Positions 55,158 through 64,000 of a DNA stretch of 64,000 nt are shown here, one piece after another (within the stretch, counting starts at the first letter, position 1; every line of letters starts with the position of its first letter). A program made the position numbers and the translations under genes. Source of the DNA: a virus (taxonomy: Duplodnaviria > Caudoviricetes); the IMG/VR virus record IMGVR_UViG_2675903334_000001; one strand, written 5' to 3'. The notes beneath the pieces are model-generated. The model was not told the origin of the DNA. It made no database searches and was given only the letters and a program-made list of their open reading frames with translations.

Positions 55158-57679
55158 CATCGCAGGACCCCGAGGTGCCCGACTGGGCGATCGACATACC
55201 TTCGGCTCCCGTTCACCAGCAACGCGGTAGCGAGCTCAAGCGGCCTTTTACTGCACAGGAGCTGCAGGAATTCGGCAAGCAATTCATTGAGCAGTTCCTC
55301 GGCCGCGTCGTGCTCGCGGTCGTAGGCCACCTGATTCCCGGGGTGGGTTCGTTTGATCAGCTGCGTGAATGGGCTGCCGACAAGCCCGGCCTGGGTGATC
55401 TGGTCGAGCTACTCACGGGCATCGAAGACGGCGACCTGACCGATCTCGGTACCTGGGCGCTCGGGATCCGCAACGCCCTGGCGGGCATCGACCTCGCGCA
55501 CCCCGAATCCATCCTCACCGCCATCGCGAAGGTGGCGGGGCAGTTCTTCAAGGGCGTCATACCGGCGGCGTGGATTGCCGATGTCGCCCACGACTTGACC
55601 GACGGCGCGGGCGGTTTCACCGATCCGTCGGTGGTCGAGGACAACCCGGACTGGCACTACGACCCGGCCCAAAACGGGCATCTGTCGGGCAAGTCGATCT
55701 ACGTCAACGCCGACGGTCACCTGCATGCGATCAGTACGGACCCGTTCGATGTCGCACCCGGTCAGATCGTGGATATGGCGGCGTCCGCGATGTGGCAGGG
55801 CCTCACTGCGGCGAGTGGTTCCAGCCCGATCCGGTTGTGCATCACACCGTTTGGCCCGGATGGCACCAAGCTCCCTGATGTCGTGGTCAAGCAGCTGCAG
55901 CCGGTGGCCGCCGATTCCGCGTGGGTGCGTGCCAGCTTGAGCGGATCGTGGACCGTGCCGGCTGATGGGTCGATCACCGCGGCGACCGTGACCCTGATCG
56001 TGACAGCCGGGGCCTCGGGCGGGCCGGTGCACTTCTCGAATGTCACCTCGGCGATGTCGAACCTCGGGCCGGTGCTGGGCAAGTTCCGCGCATTCTTTGA
56101 CGCCATTGGCGGTCAGGCTAATTCGGGTATCGCCGAGTTTGAACAGCGATTCGCGGCCATCACCGCCGACGGCAAGATCACCGCATCGGAGATTCTCGGG
56201 CTGATCGGGTTGGGGAACATCCCGACATTGCCGCAGATCAAAGTCGAAGACCTACAAACCACGTTCAACCAACTGGGCGACATCTACGACGGCCTGGTGG
56301 TGACGCCGATCAACGGGTTTGTCGCTGCCATCGCGTCCTGGTTCCAGGGCAACAAGAACAAGACACAAGGGCTCAACAGCTCGGGGCAGCTCGCCGGTTC
56401 GGCGATCACTGGCGCGGTAGCCAACGGTGCAGTCCCGGGATTGCAGCAGATCACTGATGCGATCAACGCGGGCGCACAGCAAGCAGTAGGTCAGGCTATC
56501 GACACCGTCGAAGACGCCATTGGGTTGATCTTCGGGCCGGGGCGCGATGCCCTCAAGGCGGCTATCGCCGCGCAGACCACCCTGCAGGAGCAGGAGACAG
56601 AGCAGAACACCGGCGGTGGTAACAGCTACAGCTTCACCTTCTCCGGTGCCGATGGCGCCGCGCTCAACGGAGCGGACTGGACCACCGGTCCCAATCCGGG
56701 CGATATCACCATTCGTGGGGACTCGGGATACGCGGGGGTTAAGAACGGCAACCCCGACGGGTATTTCTTCGCCAGCCCGAACTACACCTACGCCACCGAC
56801 GGGCAATCGGCCTCATTTGTGTTGGGCGACACCCAGAATGGTAACTACTACTCGGGCGTGTACATTCGCTGTGACTCGGCCCGCACGCAGGGCGCCTACT
56901 GCTTGGCCAAAGAGGGCGAGATCCGTATCGGCAAGTTCACCCGCTCGGGTGCTAGCTGGTCGTTCAGTGCACCGCTGACCCTGCAAACCGGTCTCTCTGC
57001 GGTCAAGCAGGGCGCCCGTATCGAGATCCGCTGCTCGGGCACCAACTACTTCGTACGCGTCAACGGCCGCCAGATCCTCTCGGCCACCGATGCGGGTAAC
57101 ACCATCAGTATTGGTGCGGCATACAGGTATTCGATGTTCAGCGTGCAGCGGGCGAGCCCGTTTTTCACCTATGACTCTTACCGGGTCGCAGCATTCGCGA
57201 TGTCCGACTACACCTCTGCGGGAGCAGGATTCTCGATGTCAAATTCGTGGAGCATCAGACGGGACAGCACCGCAGACGTCACCTACGGCCCCTACTCGTC
57301 CGGCGCGTTCCCCTCCGGGTTCTTCACATTCAACGACTACACCACCGACGTGACGCTCGACGACCTGGGCACGGCCCGCATCGAGATCGCCACCACCGGC
57401 CTGTACCGCATCAACACGACCTACCGATCGGTCACCGCCAAAGGCACGTCCGTGCCCTATTGGGTGGTGTACAAGAACGGCACCCGCATTACCGGCGCCA
57501 TCCCATCGGGCTGCCCGTTCGAAATCCCGCTCGTGGCGGGAGACGTCGTGCAGCCGGGATTTATCGCAGTCGACTACGACATACGGTCCAACGGCTCAAC
57601 GGGATCGGAAACCGTTGTCGCACGCAGCATCACCGCCCTATCAGGCATCGCCACATTCGACGGCCGCCGGATCGCATAA
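55154..57679 (+). CDS. Minor tail / receptor-binding protein
   Basis: 841 aa; N-terminal part homologous to 411-2537; beta-rich C-terminus. Confidence 0.82.
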   Translation: MTSQDPEVPDWAIDIPSAPVHQQRGSELKRPFTAQELQEFGKQFIEQFLGRVVLAVVGHLIPGVGSFDQLREWAADKPGLGDLVELLTGIEDGDLTDLGTWALGIRNALAGIDLAHPESILTAIAKVAGQFFKGVIPAAWIADVAHDLTDGAGGFTDPSVVEDNPDWHYDPAQNGHLSGKSIYVNADGHLHAISTDPFDVAPGQIVDMAASAMWQGLTAASGSSPIRLCITPFGPDGTKLPDVVVKQLQPVAADSAWVRASLSGSWTVPADGSITAATVTLIVTAGASGGPVHFSNVTSAMSNLGPVLGKFRAFFDAIGGQANSGIAEFEQRFAAITADGKITASEILGLIGLGNIPTLPQIKVEDLQTTFNQLGDIYDGLVVTPINGFVAAIASWFQGNKNKTQGLNSSGQLAGSAITGAVANGAVPGLQQITDAINAGAQQAVGQAIDTVEDAIGLIFGPGRDALKAAIAAQTTLQEQETEQNTGGGNSYSFTFSGADGAALNGADWTTGPNPGDITIRGDSGYAGVKNGNPDGYFFASPNYTYATDGQSASFVLGDTQNGNYYSGVYIRCDSARTQGAYCLAKEGEIRIGKFTRSGASWSFSAPLTLQTGLSAVKQGARIEIRCSGTNYFVRVNGRQILSATDAGNTISIGAAYRYSMFSVQRASPFFTYDSYRVAAFAMSDYTSAGAGFSMSNSWSIRRDSTADVTYGPYSSGAFPSGFFTFNDYTTDVTLDDLGTARIEIATTGLYRINTTYRSVTAKGTSVPYWVVYKNGTRITGAIPSGCPFEIPLVAGDVVQPGFIAVDYDIRSNGSTGSETVVARSITALSGIATFDGRRIA

Positions 57680-57701
57680 CCACCCCAGAGAGGCGTCAGC
57701 C

Positions 57702-57863
57702 ATGACCACATTCACCATGCCCGAACTGCCCGGGATCACCTTCACCGTCGTGCGCGGTGGCCTGGACGCCGAAGGGAAAACCAACCCGCCCAACTGGATA
57801 CAGATCACCGGTACAGATGGTGATGGTGCGATGGTGTCCTGCATAGGCTTCGCCGGGCCCTAA
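57702..57863 (+). CDS. Small hypothetical tail-region protein
   Basis: GAGAGG SD, 53 aa. Confidence 0.55.
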   Translation: MTTFTMPELPGITFTVVRGGLDAEGKTNPPNWIQITGTDGDGAMVSCIGFAGP

Positions 57864-57864
57864 C

Positions 57865-59019
57865 GTGCCCTGGTCCCCGAACCTGACCGTTCCGGCCGCG
57901 CGGTCGGACGGTAAGTGGTCGACCAATCCAGTCGCGCCAGCAAGCGCACCGGGAGGCCGGTGGCACGCCATCATCGGTATCGACGCGTCGATGGCGATCA
58001 TGTGCGTCGGCGAGGTCGAACTCTCGGCCATGCAGGCCATGGGCGTGGTGCTGTCCGTACACCTCGACCGCAACCTCGCACTGGCGGCGGTCTACCAGCT
58101 GGCCGTCGAACGTTCCATATTGGTCACCCGGAACCTCCAGTTACAGGCCACATTCCAACAGGATCTCGCCCTGGCCGTCACCATGGAACGGGCACTATTC
58201 TTGGCCAAGGTCGTCGGCTGCGACCTCGCACAAGCCGTGAGCATGACCGGCACCATCTCATTGGCCCGGGTCGCGCCGATCGATTTGACGTGCAACATGA
58301 CGGCGCCGCGCTCGATCAGCTTCGACAAACTACTGCCCGTCAACCTGACGCGCACAGTCTCCATGTCCTCGGCCCTGGTGATCGAACGGGTCGCCAAGAT
58401 CGACGCCGCACTGACGGTGACCATGGCACGCGCCTGCACCCTCGGCTACCCGCCGGGCGGACTGCCCGCTCTGGCCAACTACACGAACGCGGGCGGGTTC
58501 ACCCACAACATCGTGCGCAACTGCGACTACATGGACTGCGTGGGCTGTGGCGCCGGGGGTGGCGGTGGCGGCGGCGACGGAGGGCTCAACACCACCGGCC
58601 AGGGCGGGCGCAAGGGCGGATGGAACGCCGCCACAGTTCAGCGTGACGTACACATCCCCGGATCTGCACTGACTCTGACCGGCGTGGTGGGGGCAGCAGG
58701 AACCGCAGGCGCCAAAGAGAAGGACGGCGGCCCCGGCGGTGACACCACATTCCTGATCAACGGGGTCACCACAACCTGCCCCGGCGGGGCGGGCGGCAAA
58801 GGCGCCTACTCCGGTAACGGCCTGAATCAACCCGGCGAAGCCGCAGGCAACACCACCATCAATGGCCAGACCTACAGCGGTGGTGCGCAGGCAGGCACCA
58901 ACACCAACGGCAACGCACCGGGCGGTGGCGGCGGCCCCGGCTCTGGCGGATTCTTCGGCGGCGGCAATCCGGGACGTATCGGCGGCATCGGCCGCGCACA
59001 CATCCGGTCCTACCAATAG
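57865..59019 (+). CDS. Minor tail protein with glycine-rich C-terminal domain
   Basis: GAGGGGGGGDGG...GGAGG repeats. Confidence 0.78.
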   Translation: MPWSPNLTVPAARSDGKWSTNPVAPASAPGGRWHAIIGIDASMAIMCVGEVELSAMQAMGVVLSVHLDRNLALAAVYQLAVERSILVTRNLQLQATFQQDLALAVTMERALFLAKVVGCDLAQAVSMTGTISLARVAPIDLTCNMTAPRSISFDKLLPVNLTRTVSMSSALVIERVAKIDAALTVTMARACTLGYPPGGLPALANYTNAGGFTHNIVRNCDYMDCVGCGAGGGGGGGDGGLNTTGQGGRKGGWNAATVQRDVHIPGSALTLTGVVGAAGTAGAKEKDGGPGGDTTFLINGVTTTCPGGAGGKGAYSGNGLNQPGEAAGNTTINGQTYSGGAQAGTNTNGNAPGGGGGPGSGGFFGGGNPGRIGGIGRAHIRSYQ

Positions 59020-59033
59020 AAGGGAAATCCATT

Positions 59034-59417
59034 ATGGCGTGGGGTATGTCGTCATATCTGACGAACAAGATTCTCGATCACATCTGCCGCAACGTGGCCT
59101 ACACGCCACCGGCCGCCGTGTACGCCAAGATGCACACCGGCGACCCTGGTGCGGCCGGAACGGCCAACGCATCCTCAGTCGCCACCCGCTACGCGTGCAC
59201 GTTCGCTGCAGCAGCATCGGGATCGATCAGCCAATCGAACACCCCCGAGCACACCCTCGGTGCCACGGAAAGCATTGCCGGGGTGTCGTTCTGGGATCAC
59301 CCCACTGCCGGGAACTTTCTGTGGTCCTCGCAGGCCACCGTCTCGAAGTCGGGCGCCAGCGGCGACATCATCCGCATCAACTCCGACACCCTCTCACTCG
59401 CACCAATAGCCCTCTAG
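59034..59417 (+). CDS. Small tail fibre-associated protein
   Basis: YLTNKILDH...YAKMHTGDPG...FWD..TAGNFL. Confidence 0.7.
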   Translation: MAWGMSSYLTNKILDHICRNVAYTPPAAVYAKMHTGDPGAAGTANASSVATRYACTFAAAASGSISQSNTPEHTLGATESIAGVSFWDHPTAGNFLWSSQATVSKSGASGDIIRINSDTLSLAPIAL

Positions 59418-59427
59418 GAGAATCGTC

Positions 59428-59772
59428 ATGTCTGAACTCGATTGGGCCGTGCAATGGGAAGCCGCCACACCCGACCCCGAGATCCTCGCCAACAAACCTG
59501 AGCCGCCCGACTTGATTGGCAATGCTGGATCTGAAGCCGAAAATGCTTCGATCAGAGCGCAATACGTCGAGGCATTGAGTGCCCACGAGGCCCTGATCGA
59601 TGCCGACCTGGTCAACCCGCAACGCTGGCAGAGCGTGCGGTCGGTCGCCGCCGACGAGGACGACGCGCGTCGCCTTCTGGGCGAGCTGCGCCGACTGCAC
59701 GCGGCAAACCCCCTGACTCGGAACTTCCAGCTCGCAACTTCACCGCGTCGGGAATGGACGGTCACGGAATGA
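59428..59772 (+). CDS. Hypothetical protein
   Basis: AGGAG SD, 114 aa. Confidence 0.65.
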   Translation: MSELDWAVQWEAATPDPEILANKPEPPDLIGNAGSEAENASIRAQYVEALSAHEALIDADLVNPQRWQSVRSVAADEDDARRLLGELRRLHAANPLTRNFQLATSPRREWTVTE

Positions 59773-59915
59773 GCGGCCAATTAGGAAGGTATGCAGCATT
59801 TTACGCCGCGATAGCCGCCGCTTCTTTCCGGATCGGCTGGTGGGCCGCCCACTACGTGAGCGACCGCATGGACAAGTTCGAACCACGTATCGAGAAGGGG
59901 AAGCACGGATGGTGA
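59769..59915 (+). CDS. Small membrane protein (48 aa)
   Basis: ATGA overlap; hydrophobic N-half; ends GW. Confidence 0.5.
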   Translation: MSGQLGRYAAFYAAIAAASFRIGWWAAHYVSDRMDKFEPRIEKGKHGW

Positions 59916-60208
59916 AACTTCACAGCAGCTGGCGTGATCAGCTGTTCAATCTGATTGCGGACAAGGTCGCTGCCGCCGTAGACAGGCGAATTGGTGCCGT
60001 CATGGACCGGATCGAGGCTCGGCTCGTCGAGCGTCTGGATGGCGCCATCGATCGGCTGACCGATCAGATTCCGGGCAGCCTCGACGACAAACTGTTCGAC
60101 GGCCTGGTTGGCCGGATGGCGAAGCGGTTCCCGCTGCTCGACAGCCTGGCATCCCTGATCAACCTTCCGGGATCATTGATTGGCGACATCCTCAAGGGGC
60201 GCCAGTGA
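59909..60208 (+). CDS. Hypothetical protein preceding lysin A
   Basis: Analogue of 4941-5204. Confidence 0.6.
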   Translation: MVKLHSSWRDQLFNLIADKVAAAVDRRIGAVMDRIEARLVERLDGAIDRLTDQIPGSLDDKLFDGLVGRMAKRFPLLDSLASLINLPGSLIGDILKGRQ

Positions 60209-61818
60209 TTATCGCCCGGCGCAACGTCGAGAGCGCCAAGAACCTTGTGCGCGAACGCCTCGGCGCGCGCTATGTGTTTGGTGGCATGTTCGACCGGTAC
60301 AACCTTCAGCAGGGCACAGACTGCTCGGGTGTCTGGCAGGACGCGCTGGCCACCGCGCTCGGCCGCCTGATCTGGGGCCGCGAAGCTGAGGGCGCAACCA
60401 CCGAGTCCTACCGGCCCAAGACGATGGACGGGCCGATACCTATCGGCGGCACCGGACCATTCGGCACCATCGTGGTCGCACGCCCGCAGGACATCCCCGT
60501 CAACGCGGTGGCCAAACTCGCGTTCCACCACGGCCCGGGCGGCGGCGCCAACTCGCACATGTGGGGCGAGCTCGACGGCATGCGCATCGAGTCCGCCAGC
60601 TCCAAGGGCCTGGTGACCGCTCCGTCCGCGTGGCCGATAGACCACCCGTACGCGAACTCATGGGCGTACCTGCCGGGCCCGATCCTCGAAGATGGCCAGG
60701 CCCCGGTCACCGTCGAGGCGCCGGACACCCTGTACGCCGACGTGAGCGAATGGCAAGTACCAGTCACCGACGCCTACACCGACGCCGGATACCGGGTGCT
60801 GTGCATCCGATCCAACGACGGCACGTACCGAGACAAGGAATGGCCGACCAACTACCCGTGGTGCAAGCGGGCGGTCGACGACGGCCGGCTGGCGTTCTTC
60901 ATGGTCTATTTCGTGTGGCGCCCAAACTGGCGCGACGCGGTGGCCACACTCAAAACCCAAGTAGGCCAGCCACACCCGAAGATGGCCGTGATGATCGATG
61001 TCGAATCGTGGGGCGGCCAGATTCGCGGCGACCAATCGGCTGGCATCAACGCCGCATTCGAGGAGATCGCCGCATGGCTGGGGGATAGGCGCCGGGTCAT
61101 CGGCTACGGCAACACCGGGGATCTCAACTCGCTGTGGCCAACCAAACCCGACGGCGTGCGCCTGGTCGTCGCCGGATACGGCAAGTTGCCCACCTACCCC
61201 GGGATGATCGCCCACCAATACACCGACGGCCAAGGCTACGGCGGCGGATTGCCCGAAGGCGCACCACCTTTCGGGAACTGCGACATGAACGCAGCCAACG
61301 CACTTACCGCAACCGCATTCGCACAAGCCCTCGGTATCGAGGCATCAACGACAGGAGATGACGACATGGCAGGCGTAGACGTTGACCGACTCAACAAGGC
61401 AGTCGACAAGATCCTCGGCGGCCAAACCATGCCCGAGGCGTGGACCTCACGCGGCATGTTCGGCCCCGCGGCCGAACAAGCAGGAGGTGTCGACGACACC
61501 ATCGGGATGCTGCTCAACACCGACGGCAACGCCTGGAACGCCGTCATGATCCTGGGAGCTCTGCTCGGCGTCGAACGCGACGTGCAGGCCATCAAGGACA
61601 ATGCCGCAGGCAAGTTCCCCGCGGGCAGCTACGTCGCCGGTAACCCGTGGCTCAAGACGCGCGCACAGGAGTTCGCCCGCAAGCTGCTACCGCTGTGTGG
61701 ACTGCTCAACGCCGCGGCGCTCACCCCCGCCACCGGGACAACCGTCGTGAACGCCAGCGGTGCAGGGTGCGCCCTCTCCGGTGACACCTGCAGCCTGGTC
61801 GCGCAGGGGTCCAAGTGA
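60205..61818 (+). CDS. Lysin A: NlpC/P60-like peptidase plus GH25-like muramidase
   Basis: TDCSG...SHM peptidase motif; YADVSEWQ, MIDVE, HQYTDG, CDMN GH25 motifs. Confidence 0.88.
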   Translation: MIIARRNVESAKNLVRERLGARYVFGGMFDRYNLQQGTDCSGVWQDALATALGRLIWGREAEGATTESYRPKTMDGPIPIGGTGPFGTIVVARPQDIPVNAVAKLAFHHGPGGGANSHMWGELDGMRIESASSKGLVTAPSAWPIDHPYANSWAYLPGPILEDGQAPVTVEAPDTLYADVSEWQVPVTDAYTDAGYRVLCIRSNDGTYRDKEWPTNYPWCKRAVDDGRLAFFMVYFVWRPNWRDAVATLKTQVGQPHPKMAVMIDVESWGGQIRGDQSAGINAAFEEIAAWLGDRRRVIGYGNTGDLNSLWPTKPDGVRLVVAGYGKLPTYPGMIAHQYTDGQGYGGGLPEGAPPFGNCDMNAANALTATAFAQALGIEASTTGDDDMAGVDVDRLNKAVDKILGGQTMPEAWTSRGMFGPAAEQAGGVDDTIGMLLNTDGNAWNAVMILGALLGVERDVQAIKDNAAGKFPAGSYVAGNPWLKTRAQEFARKLLPLCGLLNAAALTPATGTTVVNASGAGCALSGDTCSLVAQGSK

Positions 61819-62681
61819 GCGCCGACGGATCAAAGCCGGTACTACTGACCGGATCTGGCACCGGCGCAGACATGTGGACCGGCTACCCCGCCGACGTAGC
61901 GCACGCGGTCGAGGACATCTGGTACTTCCAGCCGATCAACTACCGCGCAGCCATGTTTCCCATGGGCAGGAGCGTCGACGAAGGTGTCAACGAAGGTGTG
62001 CGCATCGTCAACGAAGAGATCCCGGTCGGCACACCCACGGCGGTATGCGGGTACTCCCAGGGCGGCATGCTGGTCTCCCGGCTGCTCGACGAGTACCGAT
62101 CCGGCCGACTCAAGCACCGGCAATCCGAGCTCGTCGCCGGGTTGACATTCGGCAATCCCGACCGCGAACTCGACGCAGGAGGCGGCCGCGGAATCTCGAA
62201 CAGCCGCATCAAGAACACACCGTCCTGGTGGATCGACCTGTTCGATCGCATGGACATCTACGCCAACGTTCCCAATAGCGATGTCGGCGAAGACATGACG
62301 GCGATCTTCCGGTTCGTGCAACTGCGCGACATTGACGACCTGATCGGCGAGGACTCCATCGGCGAACAGGTCATCGAACTCATCACCAGCTTCGCCACCG
62401 GCGGGGGACTGTTCGGGTCGGGGCTGGCGCTTCTGGAGCAGCTGCTCGGAACTCCGGGCTTCCTGCCCAAGATCGGGGTAACCGGACCGCTGTCGGGATT
62501 CCCTGCCGCGGTCATGGCGATCATCAAGGGAATTACGTTCTTCGGCGCCAAGCCCGCCACCGCCCCGCACATCGAGTACCACATCCGCGAAATCGCTCCC
62601 GGCGTCACCTATCTCGATCGAGGCGTTGCACACCTACGCGACGCGGGCCTGCGCGCCCGCGCACGCATGAACGCCGCCTGA
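61815..62681 (+). CDS. Lysin B (cutinase-like esterase)
   Basis: GYSQG elbow, TFGNP, DIYA, PHIEY. Confidence 0.88.
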   Translation: MSADGSKPVLLTGSGTGADMWTGYPADVAHAVEDIWYFQPINYRAAMFPMGRSVDEGVNEGVRIVNEEIPVGTPTAVCGYSQGGMLVSRLLDEYRSGRLKHRQSELVAGLTFGNPDRELDAGGGRGISNSRIKNTPSWWIDLFDRMDIYANVPNSDVGEDMTAIFRFVQLRDIDDLIGEDSIGEQVIELITSFATGGGLFGSGLALLEQLLGTPGFLPKIGVTGPLSGFPAAVMAIIKGITFFGAKPATAPHIEYHIREIAPGVTYLDRGVAHLRDAGLRARARMNAA

Positions 62682-62692
62682 CCACCAGACGG

Positions 62693-62717
62693 CCCCGCGC
62701 GAGGAGAGCGCGCGGGG
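62693..62717 (+). other. GC-rich hairpin between lysin B and holin
   Basis: CCCCGCGCG-AGGAGAG-CGCGCGGGG. Confidence 0.5.
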
Positions 62718-62831
62718 AACTCCGCTCACCGTAGACCCCACGGCTCGGAGAATATTCCAGAGTTTATACCGGCACACCCGCTGAACTGCGGGTTTATCTC
62801 TTAATCACAACCCGACCCGAGAGGATCCGTC

Positions 62832-63128
62832 ATGCACATCAGCATCCCGCCATGGTTCAAGGACGCCGCGATCGACACCGTCGAGCGTGCTGTCAAGACA
62901 TTTGCAGGCGGGTTCATCGTCGGCGCCAACCTGGCCGGTGCTGCTGTGAACGCGGCCCTGAGCGAGATCGACTGGCAGCGTGGCCTCGATGTGGGAGCGG
63001 GCACACTCGCGGTATCGCTGATCTTCTCGGCTGCGTCGATCAAGCTGGGCCGGTCCGGCACCGCGTCAGCGACGAAGGCGGTCGTGCCGTCCAGCGTGTT
63101 CAAGCTCGTGGCCGGCGGCGGCCGGTGA
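62832..63128 (+). CDS. Holin (r1t-like)
   Basis: WFKDAAIDTVERAVKTFAGG motif, two TM segments. Confidence 0.85.
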   Translation: MHISIPPWFKDAAIDTVERAVKTFAGGFIVGANLAGAAVNAALSEIDWQRGLDVGAGTLAVSLIFSAASIKLGRSGTASATKAVVPSSVFKLVAGGGR

Positions 63129-63559
63129 GGATTTTCACCGAGCTGGTGAACGTCACCGACATCGACACCCCCAAGGAATTCGCCGCCCTGGCAATGGTGT
63201 TGGTATCGCCGATCGCCGCCTCGGTCGCAGCCGCTTGGGGGACTGCGACATTCGCACACCGCAGGAAGGTGGGCAAAGCTCTCGGTGCCATCGCAGACGA
63301 CACCGGAGCTATCCGTGAGCAGACCGAGAATGATCACGACACCAACATGCGCGCCGATTTCGACAAGGCGCTCGTCGGCATCGCGAAAGCCCTCGACGGC
63401 ATCACCCGAATCGAAATACGGCAGAACCAACAGGCCAACGAACTACAGGAAGCCCGCCGCGACATCGGTGGTCTGCGCGAAGAAGTTCGCACTGAGCGCA
63501 CAGAGCGCGGCCGGGCCGACGAGCATATCCGCGAGTTAATCGAGCACTGGCCACGCTGA
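63125..63559 (+). CDS. Lysis-cassette membrane protein (DUF2746-like)
   Basis: N-terminal TM, IREQTENDH.TNMR.D.D, coiled coil. Confidence 0.7.
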   Translation: MRIFTELVNVTDIDTPKEFAALAMVLVSPIAASVAAAWGTATFAHRRKVGKALGAIADDTGAIREQTENDHDTNMRADFDKALVGIAKALDGITRIEIRQNQQANELQEARRDIGGLREEVRTERTERGRADEHIRELIEHWPR

Positions 63560-63577
63560 ACCGACGGCAGACGAAAG

Positions 63578-63621
63578 AACCGCCCTCGCCCCTAACCCGG
63601 GCGAGGGCGGTTTTGGCGTTT
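63578..63621 (+). terminator. Intrinsic terminator ending the late operon
   Basis: 14-bp stem AACCGCCCTCGCCC / GGGCGAGGGCGGTT followed by TTGGCGTTT. Confidence 0.8.
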
Positions 63622-63638
63622 CTCAGAAGTCCCGGGAC

Positions 63639-64000
63639 CTAGAACGGCATAACGCCCTCAACGCTCACGGTCATTCCGTGAGCCGTTGCATCATTCATGA
63701 AGGTCGTCCCGTCGGGGGTTGGGGTGATCGTCCACCCGAAGGCTCGGTAGACAGTCCCGTAGTTCAAGGGGCGGTACGTCTGCTGCCCGGTGTCACCGAT
63801 GCCCCAAACGAAGTTGCCCACGGCCGAGATCGTGACGACGTTGGCGTGCGTGCCGTACCGGATCGGTGTGCTGACCACAAACTGCACATTGCAGGTGACG
63901 GAGCCTGGCGTGACTTCGCAGGCGGTCCTTCTGGATTGGGTGCCGACGTACACAATTCCCCCGCGTGTGGGCAACATGACCGGGGTGGGGGGTGGTGGAG
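63639..64000 (-). CDS. Putative exported protein, 5' end beyond window
   Basis: Reverse frame open to the window edge (PPPPTPVMLPT...), Cys pair; positional analogue of the 9372-9899 lipoprotein. Confidence 0.55.
   Translation of the reverse strand, partial: PPPPTPVMLPTRGGIVYVGTQSRRTACEVTPGSVTCNVQFVVSTPIRYGTHANVVTISAVGNFVWGIGDTGQQTYRPLNYGTVYRAFGWTITPTPDGTTFMNDATAHGMTVSVEGVMPF

Larger units (their letters stand above)
13417..64000 (+). mobile_element. Prophage 2, nearly complete temperate siphovirus (integrase to lysis; attR beyond window)
   Basis: Canonical order att-int-repressor/cro-recombination-replication-terminase-portal-capsid-tail-TMP-minor tails-lysins-holin. Confidence 0.95.

Noticed and set aside
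1-64000. Single circularly permuted phage genome opened in the tail region
   Set aside because: Two non-identical sets of tail-tip and lysis genes are present, which requires two phages

Overview
High-GC actinobacterial sequence, most consistent with the Mycobacterium abscessus/chelonae group (inference from gene families). The window is entirely prophage DNA. It holds two different, related siphoviral prophages in tandem, joined at a 25-bp copy of the tmRNA (ssrA) 3' end at 13417-13441. Prophage 1 (1-13441, right end only) has tail-tip genes, a lysin A/lysin B/holin cassette, a DUF3558-like lipoprotein, and a reverse-strand ESX-secreted polymorphic toxin cassette (WXG100, toxin with Tox-REase-5-like tip, Imm52-like immunity). 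Prophage 2 (13417 to beyond 64000, nearly complete) has a tyrosine integrase, an unexplained three-gene cargo (catalytically dead alpha/beta-hydrolase, XRE plus MmyB-like ligand-binding regulator, polytopic membrane protein), a repressor/Cro switch, antirepressor, YqaJ/Bet recombination pair, replication genes, an AT-richer moron (multi-TM protein, membrane-anchored HNH, DUF2188), packaging, head, tail, and a second, different lysis cassette. The best candidate for an undescribed system is the pseudo-hydrolase/ligand-binding regulator/membrane protein trio between integrase and repressor, which may be a small-molecule sensing module. Family assignments come from motif recognition by eye, with no database searches.
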